From Octopus vulgaris (lineage: Eukaryota): 64,000 nucleotides of DNA. The stretch is from positions 65,472,001 to 65,536,000 of the forward strand of contig OX597824.1 in NCBI GenBank assembly GCA_951406725.2. The letters are read 5' to 3'. Below are positions 48,941-63,660 of this stretch, in pieces. A program made the translations under genes and the position numbers. The notes below the pieces were generated by a model. The model was not told the DNA's origin. It did no database searches and saw only the letters and a list, made by a program, of their open reading frames with translations. Numbering within the stretch: position 1 is the stretch's first letter; each line of letters opens with the position of its first letter.

Positions 48941-49509
48941 ATATTGTTATATTTCGGAATGGTCATATTGCCAGTTTAGCCAATAAAAACACACGCACTA
49001 TATATTTGGTGTTATTTTGCTTCAGTGATATTTATTTTTTACATTAATCTTAATCTTATTTCGGCCAAAGTTCTTTCGTCACACTCCTGTGACCGCATCA
49101 GTGGTCTTTTGTTTTCTTCTCACTTACTTGTGTCTCTCCTTACTAACCGTCAGCCATTTTGTATTTCTATTGTATGTCTTCATTTGCGCATGCTTATATC
49201 TCTATGTGCGTCTATGTTTATTTAGTGTGTGTGTGTGGGGGGGATGCCTGTAATATTTGTATCTTCTGGTTATATACATTCTTGTAATTTGTATTTTGTT
49301 TTTGTTGTTGTTGCTTTTGTTCTAATTTTGTTCATGTGTTTACATTATTATCATTACATATGCTTGTATGTATGTATAACAACAATATTAGTAATAATAA
49401 TAATAAATCTAATCGAAAAAAAAAAAAAAAAAAGAATATACATATACATATACATATATATATATATACACATATACATATATATACACATACACATATA
49501 TATATATAT
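48941..49509 (-). repeat. Inverted pseudo-LTR of the Penelope element (left arm)
   Basis: Near-identical reverse complement of 52182-52808; differences seen are an ~8-nt indel, a substitution and homopolymer/microsatellite lengths. Confidence 0.9.
49063..49106 (-). ncRNA. Second copy of the pLTR hammerhead-like motif
   Basis: Reverse complement of 52644-52687. Confidence 0.6.
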
Positions 49510-52122
49510 GGCAATGGTAGGAATAAAGGTAATAACAATTATAGTGGTAGTAGTAGTGGTGATGGTAACAGTAGAAGTAGTAATGAGGATAGTAGTGATA
49601 GTTGTGGTGGTAATAGGAATACTAGTAGTAGTAGTAGTGGTAATGGTGATAATAATAATAGGAAGGCTGATGTTGGAAACAGTAACGATAATGAAGATAA
49701 CCCTAGAGAGACCATTGACATGTATACCCATCCCTTTGACACTCAATTCTTCAACGTATGCGACAAAACTTACTGCATGAACCGAATTTATCCAACAACA
49801 TTACCCTTCAACAAAAGAGTATACATCCCAAGACGTACTAATGACCACATGGAAGCACAGTTCACTATAGCTAGGACCAAACTTAGACAGATTTTAGGAT
49901 TATACATTAAGAGACAGAGACAGAATAAGACAGATGCCCAACAACTAGGGATTAAACCTGCATGTGGCCTACAGAAGCTCATTCAGCGCACGAGGAACGG
50001 AGAGGTGATATGCCTTCCCACGGATAAGTCCGGCAGGATGTCAATAGACAGCTTACCGAACTACATCCAGGCAATGCAACCTCATATCGCCAATACAAAA
50101 GTAACAACTGTACAGGCGCATGAGGAGAGAGAAAAGGTCCTCAATGCCCACATGATGATGTGGACAATTGTTCTGGGACCTCAGAAACGTACTGCAAAGA
50201 ATTTCCAAGCCTGGAACAATGATATCCCGGCACTGTATGGACTTCGCAAGGACCATAAAGGTTTTACTGACCCTATAGCAGGACCACCAACAAGACCAGT
50301 CTGTGGAGCGAATATCGCTAGCAATTACAGAATCTCCTACTTCCTCTCAATGATCATACGCCCTATAATCAGGATGTCACCTGATGTGTGTGACAGCACA
50401 GAAGATCTCCTAAGCAGGATCAGTGACTGTAACAAAACTTGTGACTTGACAGGATGTATAGTAGGTAGCATGGATGTGGTATCCCTATACCCATCGATTG
50501 ACGTAGATTTTGCAGTGGAGAAGTGCGTGGAGATGATCAACGAGAGCCAGGTGGAGTTCTGTAATGTCGACACAGAAGAACTGGGCCTCCTACTTAGACT
50601 GACATATAATAGTGAATACTTAGATAAACATAATCTTAGTAGTTTCTGCCCCAGTAGATGTTTAAGAGGTAGACCGCCTACAATTACTTCTATGGCTAGG
50701 AAGACACATATAGAAAGATGGCGCGGATGGACCAGAGCCATACGGAGCCCCGCAAATGTCCATCAGGTAAAGAAAATGATCGCACATGCACTAGGAGCTA
50801 GTATAAGAGTTACCCTAAAAGGCCACACATTTAAATTTAATAATAAAATATATGCCCAGGACGAGGGGGCAGCCATCGGTATTAGTATCGCTGGTGATGT
50901 GGCCAACCTCTTCATGGTATGGTGGGACAGAAGGCTTAAAGAATGCCTACTGCAGAAATCCATACTCGTAAACATGTACTCTCGCTATGTTGATGATATC
51001 AATATAGTAGTAAAGGCACCCCCACAAGAGAGTACTGTTGATATAGTAATAGAAACTAATACTATGGAGAGCATCCAGCAAATAGCTAACTCCATCCACC
51101 AGAGTATTATGGTCACAATAGACTACCCCACTAAACACCCCAACCATAGACTACCAGTACTAGACACTGAACTCTGGCTAGAAATTGTGAAAAATAAAAC
51201 CCAAATCCTTCATTCATACTATGCAAAACCTATGGCCTCAAAATACCTGATCCACCGGAACTCAGCCATTGCGGGCAATGCCAAATTCAATATTTTGATG
51301 GCAGACCTCGTCAGAATAATGAGAAATGTGTCACGCATGTGCGAGCCTACAGAATTAAAGAGACACATACAGTATTTCATTCACCGCATGCAGTTCTCAG
51401 GTTACAGCCATAAAGAAAGGATCAGAGTATACAAAGGAGCCATGAAGAAATTTGATAATATATTATGTAATGATAGGAATGGGATTTGCCCACTCTATAG
51501 GAACAAGTCATGGAACACTATAGAAAGGACAAAAAAGAAAATAGGGAAGGCCAACTCTTGGTATGATAGCCATAAATACCAGAGTGTCATGTTCGTTGAC
51601 ACCACCCCTGGAGGTGAACTAGCGTACCGCTTTAGAAGGACCCTAGATAAACTTAAACTAAGAATTAAGGTTGTTGAAAAGCCAGGCAACCCTATCAGAT
51701 CTATAATTGGTAGAAGCTATCCTTTTAGTAGAACTCTCTGTACGGATAACTATTGCACTGTATGTAGATTTAGCCCACAAACGAACTGTAAAGCCAGAAA
51801 TGTGGTCTATAGTATAAGATGCATAGAGGGACGATGCAGTAACAAGACAGTAACATACGTAGGGGAAACTGCAAGAAGCATTAGTGAGTGGGTGAATGAA
51901 CATTGGAGACAACTCAAGGAAGGTAAAAGCTCATCGATTCTGTACCAACACGCCGAACAAGAACACGGGGGATCAATCAATAACATAGAGATTAAGATAT
52001 TGTCCACACATAGAACAGATGCAACAATTAGACAAATTACAGAAGCTACACATATAATAGAAAATAAACCTAGCCTGAATAGAAAACTAGAATGGAGCAA
52101 TAGCGCACACCACAACATATGA
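49510..52122 (+). CDS. Penelope-like reverse transcriptase / GIY-YIG endonuclease polyprotein (probably 5'-truncated; first in-frame ATG at 49720)
   Basis: Uninterrupted frame: [50 protein letters not shown], thumb YYAKP..S..LIH..SA, linker [10 protein letters not shown], CxxxxCxxC, VVY-x-YVGET..H..H..E..LNRKLEW. Confidence 0.93.
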   Translation, partial: GNGRNKGNNNYSGSSSGDGNSRSSNEDSSDSCGGNRNTSSSSSGNGDNNNRKADVGNSNDNEDNPRETIDMYTHPFDTQFFNVCDKTYCMNRIYPTTLPFNKRVYIPRRTNDHMEAQFTIARTKLRQILGLYIKRQRQNKTDAQQLGIKPACGLQKLIQRTRNGEVICLPTDKSGRMSIDSLPNYIQAMQPHIANTKVTTVQAHEEREKVLNAHMMMWTIVLGPQKRTAKNFQAWNNDIPALYGLRKDHKGFTDPIAGPPTRPVCGANIASNYRISYFLSMIIRPIIRMSPDVCDSTEDLLSRISDCNKTCDLTGCIVGSMDVVSLYPSIDVDFAVEKCVEMINESQVEFCNVDTEELGLLLRLTYNSEYLDKHNLSSFCPSRCLRGRPPTITSMARKTHIERWRGWTRAIRSPANVHQVKKMIAHALGASIRVTLKGHTFKFNNKIYAQDEGAAIGISIAGDVANLFMVWWDRRLKECLLQKSILVNMYSRYVDDINIVVKAPPQESTVDIVIETNTMESIQQIANSIHQSIMVTIDYPTKHPNHRLPVLDTELWLEIVKNKTQILHSYYAKPMASKYLIHRNSAIAGNAKFNILMADLVRIMRNVSRMCEPTELKRHIQYFIHRMQFSGYSHKERIRVYKGAMKKFDNILCNDRNGICPLYRNKSWNTIERTKKKIGKANSWYDSHKYQSVMFVDTTPGGELAYRFRRTLDKLKLRIKVVEKPGNPIRSIIGRSYPFSRTLCTDNYCTVCRFSPQTNCKARNVVYSIRCIEGRCSNKTVTYVGETARSISEWVNEHWRQLKEGKSSSILYQHAEQEHGGSINNIEIKILSTHRTDATIRQITEATHIIENKPSLNRKLEWSNSAHHNI

Positions 52123-52181
52123 CAATAGTGGATCCTGCAAACATAATAAATACACAGGTAATTAAAGAAATAGAAATGAAT

Positions 52182-52801
52182 ATCTATATATATGTGTATG
52201 TGTATATATATGTATATGTATATGTGTATATATGTGTGTATATATGTATATATATATATATGTATATGTATGTATATATATGTATATGTATGTATATATA
52301 TGTATATGTATATTTTTTTTTTTTTTCGATTAGATTTATTATTATTATTACTAATATTGTTGTTATACATACATACAAGCATATGTAATGATAATAATGG
52401 GTGGATGTAAACACATGAACAAAATTAGAACAAAAGCAACAACAACAAAAACAAAATACAAATTACAAGAATGTATATAACCAGAAGATACAAATATTAC
52501 AGGCATCCCCCACACACACACACACTAAATAAACATAGACGCACATAGAGATATAAGCATGCGCAAATGAAGACATACAATAGAAATACAAAATGGCTGA
52601 CGGTTAGTAAGGAGAGACACAAGTAAGTGAGAAGAAAACAAAGGACCACTGATGCGGTCACAGGAGTGTGACGAAAGAACTTTGGCCGAAATAAGATTAA
52701 GATTAATGTAAAAAATAAATATCACTGAAGCAAAATAACACCAAATATATAGTGCGTGTGTTTTTATTGGCTAAACTGGCAATATGACCATTCCGAAATA
52801 T

Positions 52802-52808
<7 letters not shown>
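52182..52808 (+). repeat. 3' pseudo-LTR of the Penelope element (right arm)
   Basis: Follows the ORF stop; matches the left arm in inverted orientation; ends in (TA)n. Confidence 0.9.
52644..52687 (+). ncRNA. Minimal type I hammerhead-like motif in the pLTR (variant core)
   Basis: GACCA CTGATGC G GTCAC aggagt GTGAC GAAA GAAC TT TGGCC. Confidence 0.6.
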
Positions 52809-53422
<614 letters not shown>

Positions 53423-54283
53423 GCACATATGCACACATACAGAAAGTGAAGGAAAGAGAGTGAGAACGAAAGTTGCTATTTGATGGTATTACTAAATGTG
53501 GGCAGCTAAATGCTTCCTCTTGGTATGTTTATGTTTGCAGTGACGCAGATGTAGCTGAAATGTTTAAAAGTTTACCTGACAATCAGGCCTACTGTCAATC
53601 CCATTGTGCAGTATCTTCTATTTTAGCCTTAAGCTTTTGCAAAAGAAATTGAATAGACAGGAACTGTGTGGAAGCTCATCAGAGAGACTATACTTGTACT
53701 TCAAAGGGCCAGCCTTGTTACACTCTGTGTCATGATGATTCTGTTTTAGGATTATGCTAAGAAAAGTTTTATATATATGTATGAATGCAAATATGCATGC
53801 ATTTATATGTAGTTTTGTATGTATGTGTTTGTAGGTAATATCCGTGTGTGTGTGTGAAGTGATGGTGTGATTCTTACTCTTTCTGCTTCAAGACTTGATT
53901 TCATTTCTTCTTTATAAAACTTTTTGCCTCAAATCTTGTGTCTGTTTCTTCTGGTGCATCTTGTTATTTTGCAGCACTTCTTATCTTCTCCAATTCAAAT
54001 CAAATGTTGACTTGAGATAATCTCTGACTTATTTCTCTGGTTCAGAGTTGAGCAGTTTCTCTGTGAGTGAGTCTGTTGGACTTACATTACTTACTGTATA
54101 TTTGACAAGTTGTTGCTTATTTATTCTGACATCACACTCCTTTACTCTCTTTCTTTATTCTCATTGACTCATTCACAGAATTTCAGAATTTCTTTTCATA
54201 CTCTTTATACAAAGATCCCCCATCTATTTTTATGCTTTAATCAAAAACTCGCATCCATCTCCCTTCTTTTCATTTTCCAACAA

Positions 54284-54315
<32 letters not shown>

Positions 54316-57229
54316 TTGATATTTGTTTCAATTCCATGCTCTATGATCAACTTTATAAGTTGATCCTTTTAGGATCAATTAAAAAATACCAATCATGAGC
54401 GGTAGGTTGGTGGCAAATACTTTGTGGTTGCTGGATTTCTGACAACACCTGTAATAATGCTGGTGCCAATTTGAATCATCCTTTCAGAATAGCTGGTAGT
54501 ATGACAAGAGGAGACTTGCATGCATGGGTAGCTGCTAGTCTTACATAAAAAAGAAAACCTTGTTCAAGCCTATGCATTTAGGTGCAAATACATGGTTAAC
54601 CTTGATCAACAGAGGCCCTACACATTCTTCCTTATTTGTTCACTTTCTACCTCTGTTACTTTATCATGTTACCTCTCTAATTCTCCCTATCAATTTTAGA
54701 GCTCTTTTTTCCACCTCACATTTCTTACTCTAGCTATCACTTCCTTTCTCATTCTTTTTTTCTATCCCCTCCCTTATTTCACTGTCTAATTGCCTGTTTT
54801 ACTTACTGGGTGACTACTGGCTATTTTTCCCTCTCCTTATTTCCTCTCCTAGTGACTCCTTCTTGCACCTTTTTATATATCTAGCCTACCTCTCTTTATA
54901 ATACTTCCTTTCTTTATCACTTCTCTCAGCATATTACTGCTTTTTTTTTTACTTCCACATTACTAATTTTGTTATGTTACTTTCCTATTGCTTCCTCTCT
55001 ATTTTAGAGCTCTGTATTCTTTCCACCTCTTCATGTGCTTATGTGTATATGTCTGTTTGTGTCAGGGGTTAACTACATCCATACCATGTTTCCACATACG
55101 TATCAGAGTGGATGCTGTTGGTCTCCGTTGGACTCAAATGCATGTATGTGATTGTGTGTGGATGTGTACATGTTCATGCATGCATATATATGCATGTATG
55201 TATGCGTGCATTTATGTGTATGTGTTTGCGTGTAAATAAAAGGTGAAAACATAAATGTTTCATAAACTCTGTGTGTGTGTAATTTAGAAATTCAGAGGTC
55301 CATACGTCCTAGTAAAACTGTATGCATTAATGAGATCTATATGTGATTGTGCATACATCTTCATTATATTTGTATGCACTGATATTTACATATATATCAT
55401 TGTAGGAGTACATGAATGCTTTTGTTTATATGTGAGAGAATGAGTAAGTGTAATTATATGAATGAATAAGTATTTGTGTACTTGTGAATGAATGTATGTG
55501 ATTGAATGTGTAAATGAACATGTGTGTGTGAGTGAATATTAGACTGTCTTTATGTGCCCAAATAAAATCTCATATAACACCAAAGTTGACTAAGCAAAGG
55601 TAATGATTTCTTTTATTTATTGATTGGTATTAATATTTTTATAATGTTCATTAATTATGACAGCACCTTTACATCAGTTTGCACCAGGCATGTGTGTTAA
55701 ACCTCAGCCTTATCAGTATCAGTTATGTGTTACTGCACCAATCATATTTGCTCTGTCACCTTCTGCTGTATATTAATGGCTATATTCACTTTGTCCAAAT
55801 AAAAAAAAAATTTGAAAAAGTATGATCAAACTGCTAATGGCCTAAATTTCCAACAGGTCCAATTATCTGCCCAACTGCCAACATGGATGAGTTGTGAGAT
55901 CAACCAGTACTTGGTTTGTTTTCCATTCCTCAGCTGGATGGCACATTAGTGCGACACAGGAGTCTGTGTGTACATCTGCTTGTGTAAGCATGCACACTTA
56001 TGCCAGCTTCAACACAACCATATGTGCATCTCGACTGCAGCTAAAGACATCAGGGTGCTTTGATATTAAAATTGATTGTGAACTGAATGTGGACTTGTCA
56101 AGGAAACCTACCATTTACAGTGCCATGTTTTATTTGGGGAACATTAACCACTGCCTACATATAATCACCTGAAAAAATAAACTGCATTGGCATGGCAACA
56201 TAAACGCTCTGCAATTCTCATCATACATACTGCTGACTTTCATCTGCATATTCCTAAATGGCAGCATTTCATTTTCCATTTCTTTGGCTAGAAAATTCTT
56301 TCTATTGGGTTTATAATCATTATTACTGTTTTTTGTTTTTTTTTTTACATTACCATTCTAATTCCACCATCATCTTCATCATCATCTTCAGCATTGTCCT
56401 AATTAACTATAATGCTTTCTATTTTTTGCATTATTATTTTTTATCATATACCATATGCCTTCTGACAATATCTGCCTTTGCGATAACATATTCATGGCTC
56501 TACAATGTAAGCATGTAGTCATTTTGGATCTTGATATGCATATTCATGCATGCATTTATTTTGATTCTGCCTTTCAATATTCTGGCAAATTTCATCATGA
56601 CATCTTTTCTTTGTAGGTGATGTAAGCATTCATTATTTTATAGAAGATATCTCATTATTCTAATTAATTTCAATAAAAAAATTTTTAAGTAGCTTAAATA
56701 TAGTTTCCTTAAATCTATTGCCTGATGAAAGGAGACAGTAGATTTCATTTCTTTTCAGTGTGATTTAAATGTGTCTTTTAGCATTTCTTAAACAGAATGA
56801 GTTTTGCACATATATACAAGAGAATAAAAGAGCAAAGGCCCTTCTCTTAGTCATATCTGCATTAGTAAACTCAAACAAAACCCATCTCTGCAGAAAATCA
56901 CATAGGTGCATCACAACAATTACATGCATAGATATAAATGTAGATTCAAAATTATTGCTGATTTAATCTGCAGACATACAAAGGTGTTACCATGAAGACA
57001 TATATTTCCAAGGGGGCTTATGGTATAGCAGCAGTTACATGTCTTTATTTTATCAGTTCTCTGTAAATTTAAAGTTGACTTATTGCTTTCAAATTACGCT
57101 GAGGTCAACTTTGTGTTTCACTATTTTAGGGTTGTTAAAATAAAGTACTAGTCATAATATAAATTAACTGTTCATTCCCACTAAAGTGTGGCCTTGTGCT
57201 TATGCAAGAAATTCTTCTTATAGTTGTTG

Positions 57230-57269
<40 letters not shown>

Positions 57270-57500
57270 AAAGGATGTTGGATGGAATAGCAGAATCATT
57301 AGACTGTCAGGAAAAAATACCTTTCAGTATTTATTCTGGCTCTTTACATTCTGAGTTCAAATCCCTATAGAGGTTAACTTTGCCTTTCTTCCCTCAATGG
57401 TCAACAAAATAAATACCAGTCTAGTACTGCAAGTGATGGTATCCACCAACCCTACCCTAAAAAATTGCAGACCTTCTTGTTGTTGTTGTTATTATTATTA

Positions 57501-57562
<62 letters not shown>

Positions 57563-58334
57563 ATTATTATTATTAGTATTTATATGTATTGATTGAGACT
57601 GATCAATTTTAAATGAAAGAAAATGCAACTTTAACTACAAACTTAAAGGGACATATATGCCTCACAATATTCTTTTGACCAGAATTCAAAGTTTCATATA
57701 TAATAATAATACTAACTATTTATGGAGCCAATCATCTGCCTTCAGTTGTGTGTGTGTGTGTGTGTGTGTGTGTAGTGCTTGGATACATACATCAAGAAAG
57801 GCTCACTCAATATATGAAATAGAGTTAAATATAAATAAAATTTTATAATCCAGTTATATAAAACTATTAGAATAATGTTACAGGCTGTTTATAGCAGCCC
57901 CTCACAGTTATAGTCAATGTTTGGCTGAATCTGATCTACTGAACAAGTTCATTCAACACAACAGATCCAACCAGACTCCTTCAAGGAGCTGTGAGAAATT
58001 GCCAGCCACATTGTTGTGACAAGTTTATATAACTGTCAGATAAAATTACACATACACATGAGCTTGTGTATGTGTATTATAACTAGAGTTATAGCTGATA
58101 CATTGTGGAAAAGTTTGGATGTGTTCATTCAATAATATATTTACTAAGTGTGGCTAAATGTAATGTTCTGAAATAAATGTCTGTGAATTTATATACAACT
58201 CACTTGTAGTATGGTAGATCAACAGTTGATAAATCTTCTTGTGCCTGAAATATAAATATAAACAGAAAGAGTGAGAGAGAGTGAGAGACAGAGACAGACA
58301 CACACACACACACACATGTAAATGTTTATATACA

Positions 58335-58370
<36 letters not shown>

Positions 58371-58413
58371 AGAGTTATACGTTCTTGTCCATGTTGTATT
58401 TTTCTACATACCT

Positions 58414-58447
<34 letters not shown>

Positions 58448-58568
58448 ATATAATATATATATATATATATGTATGTATATATAATATATATATGTATGTA
58501 TATATAATATATATGTATGTGTGTCTATATATGTGTGTGTTTATGTATATATGCATATATAGATATGC

Positions 58569-58602
<34 letters not shown>

Positions 58603-58937
58603 AAATACATTAAAGACAGGCTTGCGTTCCAGTTTTGACTTTTTATTACAGATTTTTCATATTTTTATTTTAGTTTCTTTTGTATTCAACACTTCCAGAC
58701 CTTCAATGTTTCTATACTAATAAACACCTGACTACTGATGTGAAAGCCTAATGGTTAAAAAAAAAGTCTACAAAAATTTGACTTGTATGTAAGAAGTAAT
58801 GCACCCACCAAACTTACTTCAGTTCTTGAAAATGAGACTGTGCAGGTTGGAAACATTGAATATGGATTTAGGAGCTGCATTATTCTAAACTAACTGTTAG
58901 AAACCAATATGAATATATGAAAACTCTGTATTAAAAG

Positions 58938-59095
58938 TATATATATATAGATAGATAGGTATAGATATACATATGTATATATATACAAACATACATACAC
59001 ACATATACATATATGTGTATATATATATATATACACACATGTATACATATATATGTATATATGTGTATATGTATGTATATATGTGTGGGTGTAAG

Positions 59096-59138
<43 letters not shown>

Positions 59139-59267
59139 ATGTATATATATATGTGTATGTATGTGTATATATATATGTATGTGTATATATATATGTATGT
59201 ATGTATATGTACATATATATATATATATGCATATACATACATACATATATATAAGTATATATACATA

Positions 59268-59307
<40 letters not shown>

Positions 59308-59360
59308 TACATGTATATATTTATACATATATATATATATACATATATATATATGTACGT

Positions 59361-59404
<44 letters not shown>

Positions 59405-59455
59405 GTATGTATATATGTATACAAATATATATACATGCATGTGTATATATATGTA

Positions 59456-59509
<54 letters not shown>

Positions 59510-59750
59510 CATACATCTATACATATATGTATATACATACATGTATGTATATATATGTGTATGTATATATATATACATATATATGTGTGTATGTATATAT
59601 ATATACATATATACATAAGCACATACATACATATATGTGTATATATATACATACATATATATATATGTATTTATATATATATATACACACATATATATAC
59701 ACACACATATATACACACACGCACACATACACACACACACACACGATATA
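58938..59750. repeat. ~800-bp compound (TA)n/(CA)n microsatellite
   Basis: Direct reading. Confidence 0.95.
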
Positions 59751-60959
59751 TGTATCAGTGTTTATGGACAATATAAGCCCCAAAATTATAAATAAGAGTT
59801 TGTAAATAATTTAATAAATTCATTCGTTATTAAGTGTACAGTAACATGCTATTTATAACTATGTATATACTGTTTTGTGTTTATGGTTTTATTTTTGACT
59901 TCATCATCTTGCTCCTGCTTCTCAACCTTTTATTTTTTGATTTGTTCAAAAAAATTTGAATATTTAGTAAGATTTTATAAAAATAAAATTACTTCACAGC
60001 TGATACCAATATTTTTAAATCTATGACTTAAAAGAATGATGTGATACGATATTATGTGATTCAATATTTTGCTCATATATTTTGTGTAGCTATTGTACAT
60101 ATTAAATCAAGATCAATTCCAACACAATTAGTTAGCTAAACAAAGAAATGATAGTAACTTTTTTTTATCTACTTGCTTGCTTGCTTGCCTGCTTGTTTGA
60201 TTTTGGGTGATCTTTTGGGGTTTTTTTAAAATTCTACTCCCAAATTCTTAAATACTTGCTCTAACAAACTAGTGGAGTCCACACTGTTGTAAATATTCAA
60301 ACTACATAGATATCCAGTTTGAGGATAACCTAAATATCTTGATATGCTGCTTTATATTGATGTATAGTTTTCTTTACCCTTTTCCTTCACTAGTCAAAGA
60401 GGCTCTGTCAGAAATTTTGGATACTTTTTTAATCAAACCATTGAAACAAAAGTCTTGTCAATGACATATTGTATGAGTGTGTTTTTGATTTCAATCTATG
60501 CAACAATGACTCAGTCAGACTTTACAGTGCTGATGGCTTTTAAACCTTGTGTCCTGTTGAAATTATAATATATATTTGTAATTGGTTACATCTACATTTA
60601 AGATATATATTTAGAATAGTTTCTTAAAGATATTGTGATATTGTTATTAGAATGAAAGGCTCTATAAAGAGAAAAATAATTTTATTCAATATTTTGTTTT
60701 AAATAAACTTTAATCATTGGATTAAGGGTAAAACTATACTATTGACAAATCTATTTTTATCTTTAATTCCTTGTTGCAGTGAATTCTCATTATTTTACAT
60801 CATAAATGTTTTTGTTTTTGCTTCATTTCTATCAGATTTTTTTTTTCTGCTGCAATTAGGTTCATTTAAGTTCTTGCTAGAACCTAAAAGAACTTAGTTA
60901 CACCAAGGAAAATTCTTATCTATTGGTTGTTTAAGAGGATAATATCTTTGCATTATTTA

Positions 60960-60990
<31 letters not shown>

Positions 60991-63619
60991 CCTATATATA
61001 AACTGTATATATATATATATATATGCAATATATATATTTGCAGTTTTCTCATAAATAATGCATATATTTTTCACATGATGATCTAACAACAGCATTAATT
61101 GTATATAAAAAAATACATTGGAAAAGTCATTAATATTTACTTATACATACAAACACATTCATATACACACCTGCCAACTTTGATTATGTCACTAGGAAAA
61201 GGATATATGTGATATTTAGGATATGTGGTATTTACAACCCTAGTAAAGTTTGAAATCTTCCACTGAATTATTGTGTTATGTTATTCATTATTTATTTTCT
61301 TTATGGAAAATAATATTAATTCTAGGGCTACTGTTTTCAGCATTGCATAAAGTTGAATAAAAAGGGAAAATATAGCTTTTACAATTCAGTTAAAATAATG
61401 TATATCAACTCTACTTTTACTTCATATATTTTATATACAATTATTGCTGTTGTTATCTGATCAATACTTGGAAAATATATACATAAGTCAAAACCTTCAG
61501 TATAACCTTAAAGAATTTTATGCAAAATGCTTCTGCTTACCTGATTAATGTTAGGACTCATCTAATCTATAAAAGAGTTGAGCAATAGGTTAGGATGGTT
61601 GTAAGGATGATTCTAATGAATATGATGATGATGATGATGATGATGGTGATGATCATGATGATCATGAGGATGATAGTAATGATGATGATGATTATGATGA
61701 CAAAGATAAGTGGAGGTAATATATGTACTGTAACCAAGAAATGTTACTTTGTCTGGATATGTCAAAAAAGATTTTTTTAATATGTATTTTGGTACTAGTC
61801 ACAAGAAAACAATGCATCATGTAGTGCTGCAGAATTATCGTTGTGTGAAATATTTCCTTATTCAATACAATTTCTTCTTTTTAATATAAGTTTTATATAA
61901 TTTTATATTTTCATTTTTTTTTTGTATTATTTGTAATTACATAAAATATGATTCAGCTAAACAAGACATATTATGTATATTCATATATGAGAAATTCATA
62001 TCCATTTATTATTATTATTATTATATGTATGTATGTGTGTGTGTGTGTATGTATGTATTTGTGTGTGTATGTATGTGTGTGTGTGTGTGTGATGACTCTT
62101 GCAATAAGTATTCTTTTCAAGAATTTTGCTATTTTGGATAATTGTATTATCTAGAAACACAAATCTCAATATAGCTACATGTAGATTTTTCTCATGCTTG
62201 TTACATTACTGTACATTATGTTAAATATCAATTTTATCTACATTGTTGTTGAGCAGCATCATAGATATATTTACTTATAAATCATTTCTAACTGAACCAC
62301 AAGGATTCATAGAGCAGGAGCTCTACTCTGGTTTCTCAATTATAAAGCATATGATTGATAATTCTTCCTTTCAATAGGATGATAGACTATCATAGGCTAG
62401 GTAGCTTTTTATCCTGTAGGACCAGTTATTGAACTTAGTACTACAGACCAACAAGTTCCAGTTGTTTATTGTGGAGAACTATAGCACACCATGGTACCTG
62501 TTTAGATTTAAGTGAACTGAGCCACTGAGAGTTAAGAGTCCTTGCTCTGGATAGAACAATAGTGACAGTGACATGAAACCCAATCATTAATCTCTCAACT
62601 GCTTATCTGATACCCTAAATACAGAAGATATTTATTCATATTTTCATAGACAGAGTAAGGAATCACAGATAGTGGAACGGAGTCATTGAGGTGACATCCT
62701 AACCAGCTGAAAGGGTCCGTTCATTTTCTGGTACTATATTGCACTGCTAGTAAAGACATCTTTCTCACTGGCTCATTTCACCTGACAGTAAATAGGTTCA
62801 ATAGTAGTAGTTCTCAACCCCCTTTTTTTTTAACCCATGACTCTTTTAAAGCTACAGTAATGCTATGAGCCCTACCAATTTAAAAAAAAAATTATTTTTA
62901 TCTCCAGAGTCTGCTGGTCAGATTCAGGCAGAATACAATATCAAAAATCAAGGATTGCTTTTGTTTTCAGGTTTCAATATAAAGTTATTTTAATTTTGTT
63001 CTAACTAAATTATCTCTAATGTTACCTCTTATAAGGGGACTTCCTCAGGTTGAAAAAAAAAAAACTATTGTATAGGGGTGGTGGTGTGTGACTTAGTAGT
63101 TAGGGGGTTGCACTCATGATTGTAAGAGTATGGTTTTTGATTCTTGTACCAGACACTTCATTTCATGTTCCTCCAGTTCACTCAGCTGGTGTAAGTAATC
63201 CTGCAATGGACTAGCATCCTGTCTAGAGGGAGAATATATATACCACAGAATCTGGGAAACTGGCCCTATGACTCGGGAAGGTTCTTTGATCTTTTGATTG
63301 TATAGGATCATATTGATCACAACTATAATCATTAGGTCCACTGTACTGGTGAGTTTTTGTTAGCTTGCAGTGCTGGACACTTTAAGTTCTCCAATAGGAG
63401 GGGAAAGTGGCTACCACCAGTAAAATTATTACCCGAGACACCAAATATCATACTTCAATGAATCCTTTCAGAGTTATGAATATGAACAATTGATAAAACA
63501 AAAATAGAAAAATCGTCTCCCCTCCTCTTTTGGCCCATAAATGTTTACGATTTTCTAATTTCTACATTTTTTATTGCTAACCATTTAAAATTTCAAAGAC
63601 TGATATTTTAAAAGTTCCT

Positions 63620-63660
<41 letters not shown>

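Larger units (their letters stand above)
48897..52808 (+). mobile_element. Penelope-like retroelement (Naiad-like) with inverted pseudo-LTRs, inserted in (TA)n
   Basis: RT+GIY-YIG ORF; 48941-~49509 is the reverse complement of ~52182-52808; (TA)n tracts on both sides. Confidence 0.93.

Noticed and set aside
49336-49509. ORF-track start of the 928-aa protein
   Set aside because: This part reads through the inverted pLTR and TA/CA microsatellite (NNN, KKK, IHIY) and is open by chance.
49510-52122. Selenocysteine recoding as reported for some Naiad elements
   Set aside because: No in-frame TGA before the terminal stop, and no SECIS could be recognised by eye.
61595-61780. Poly-Met ORF
   Set aside because: (GAT)n microsatellite.
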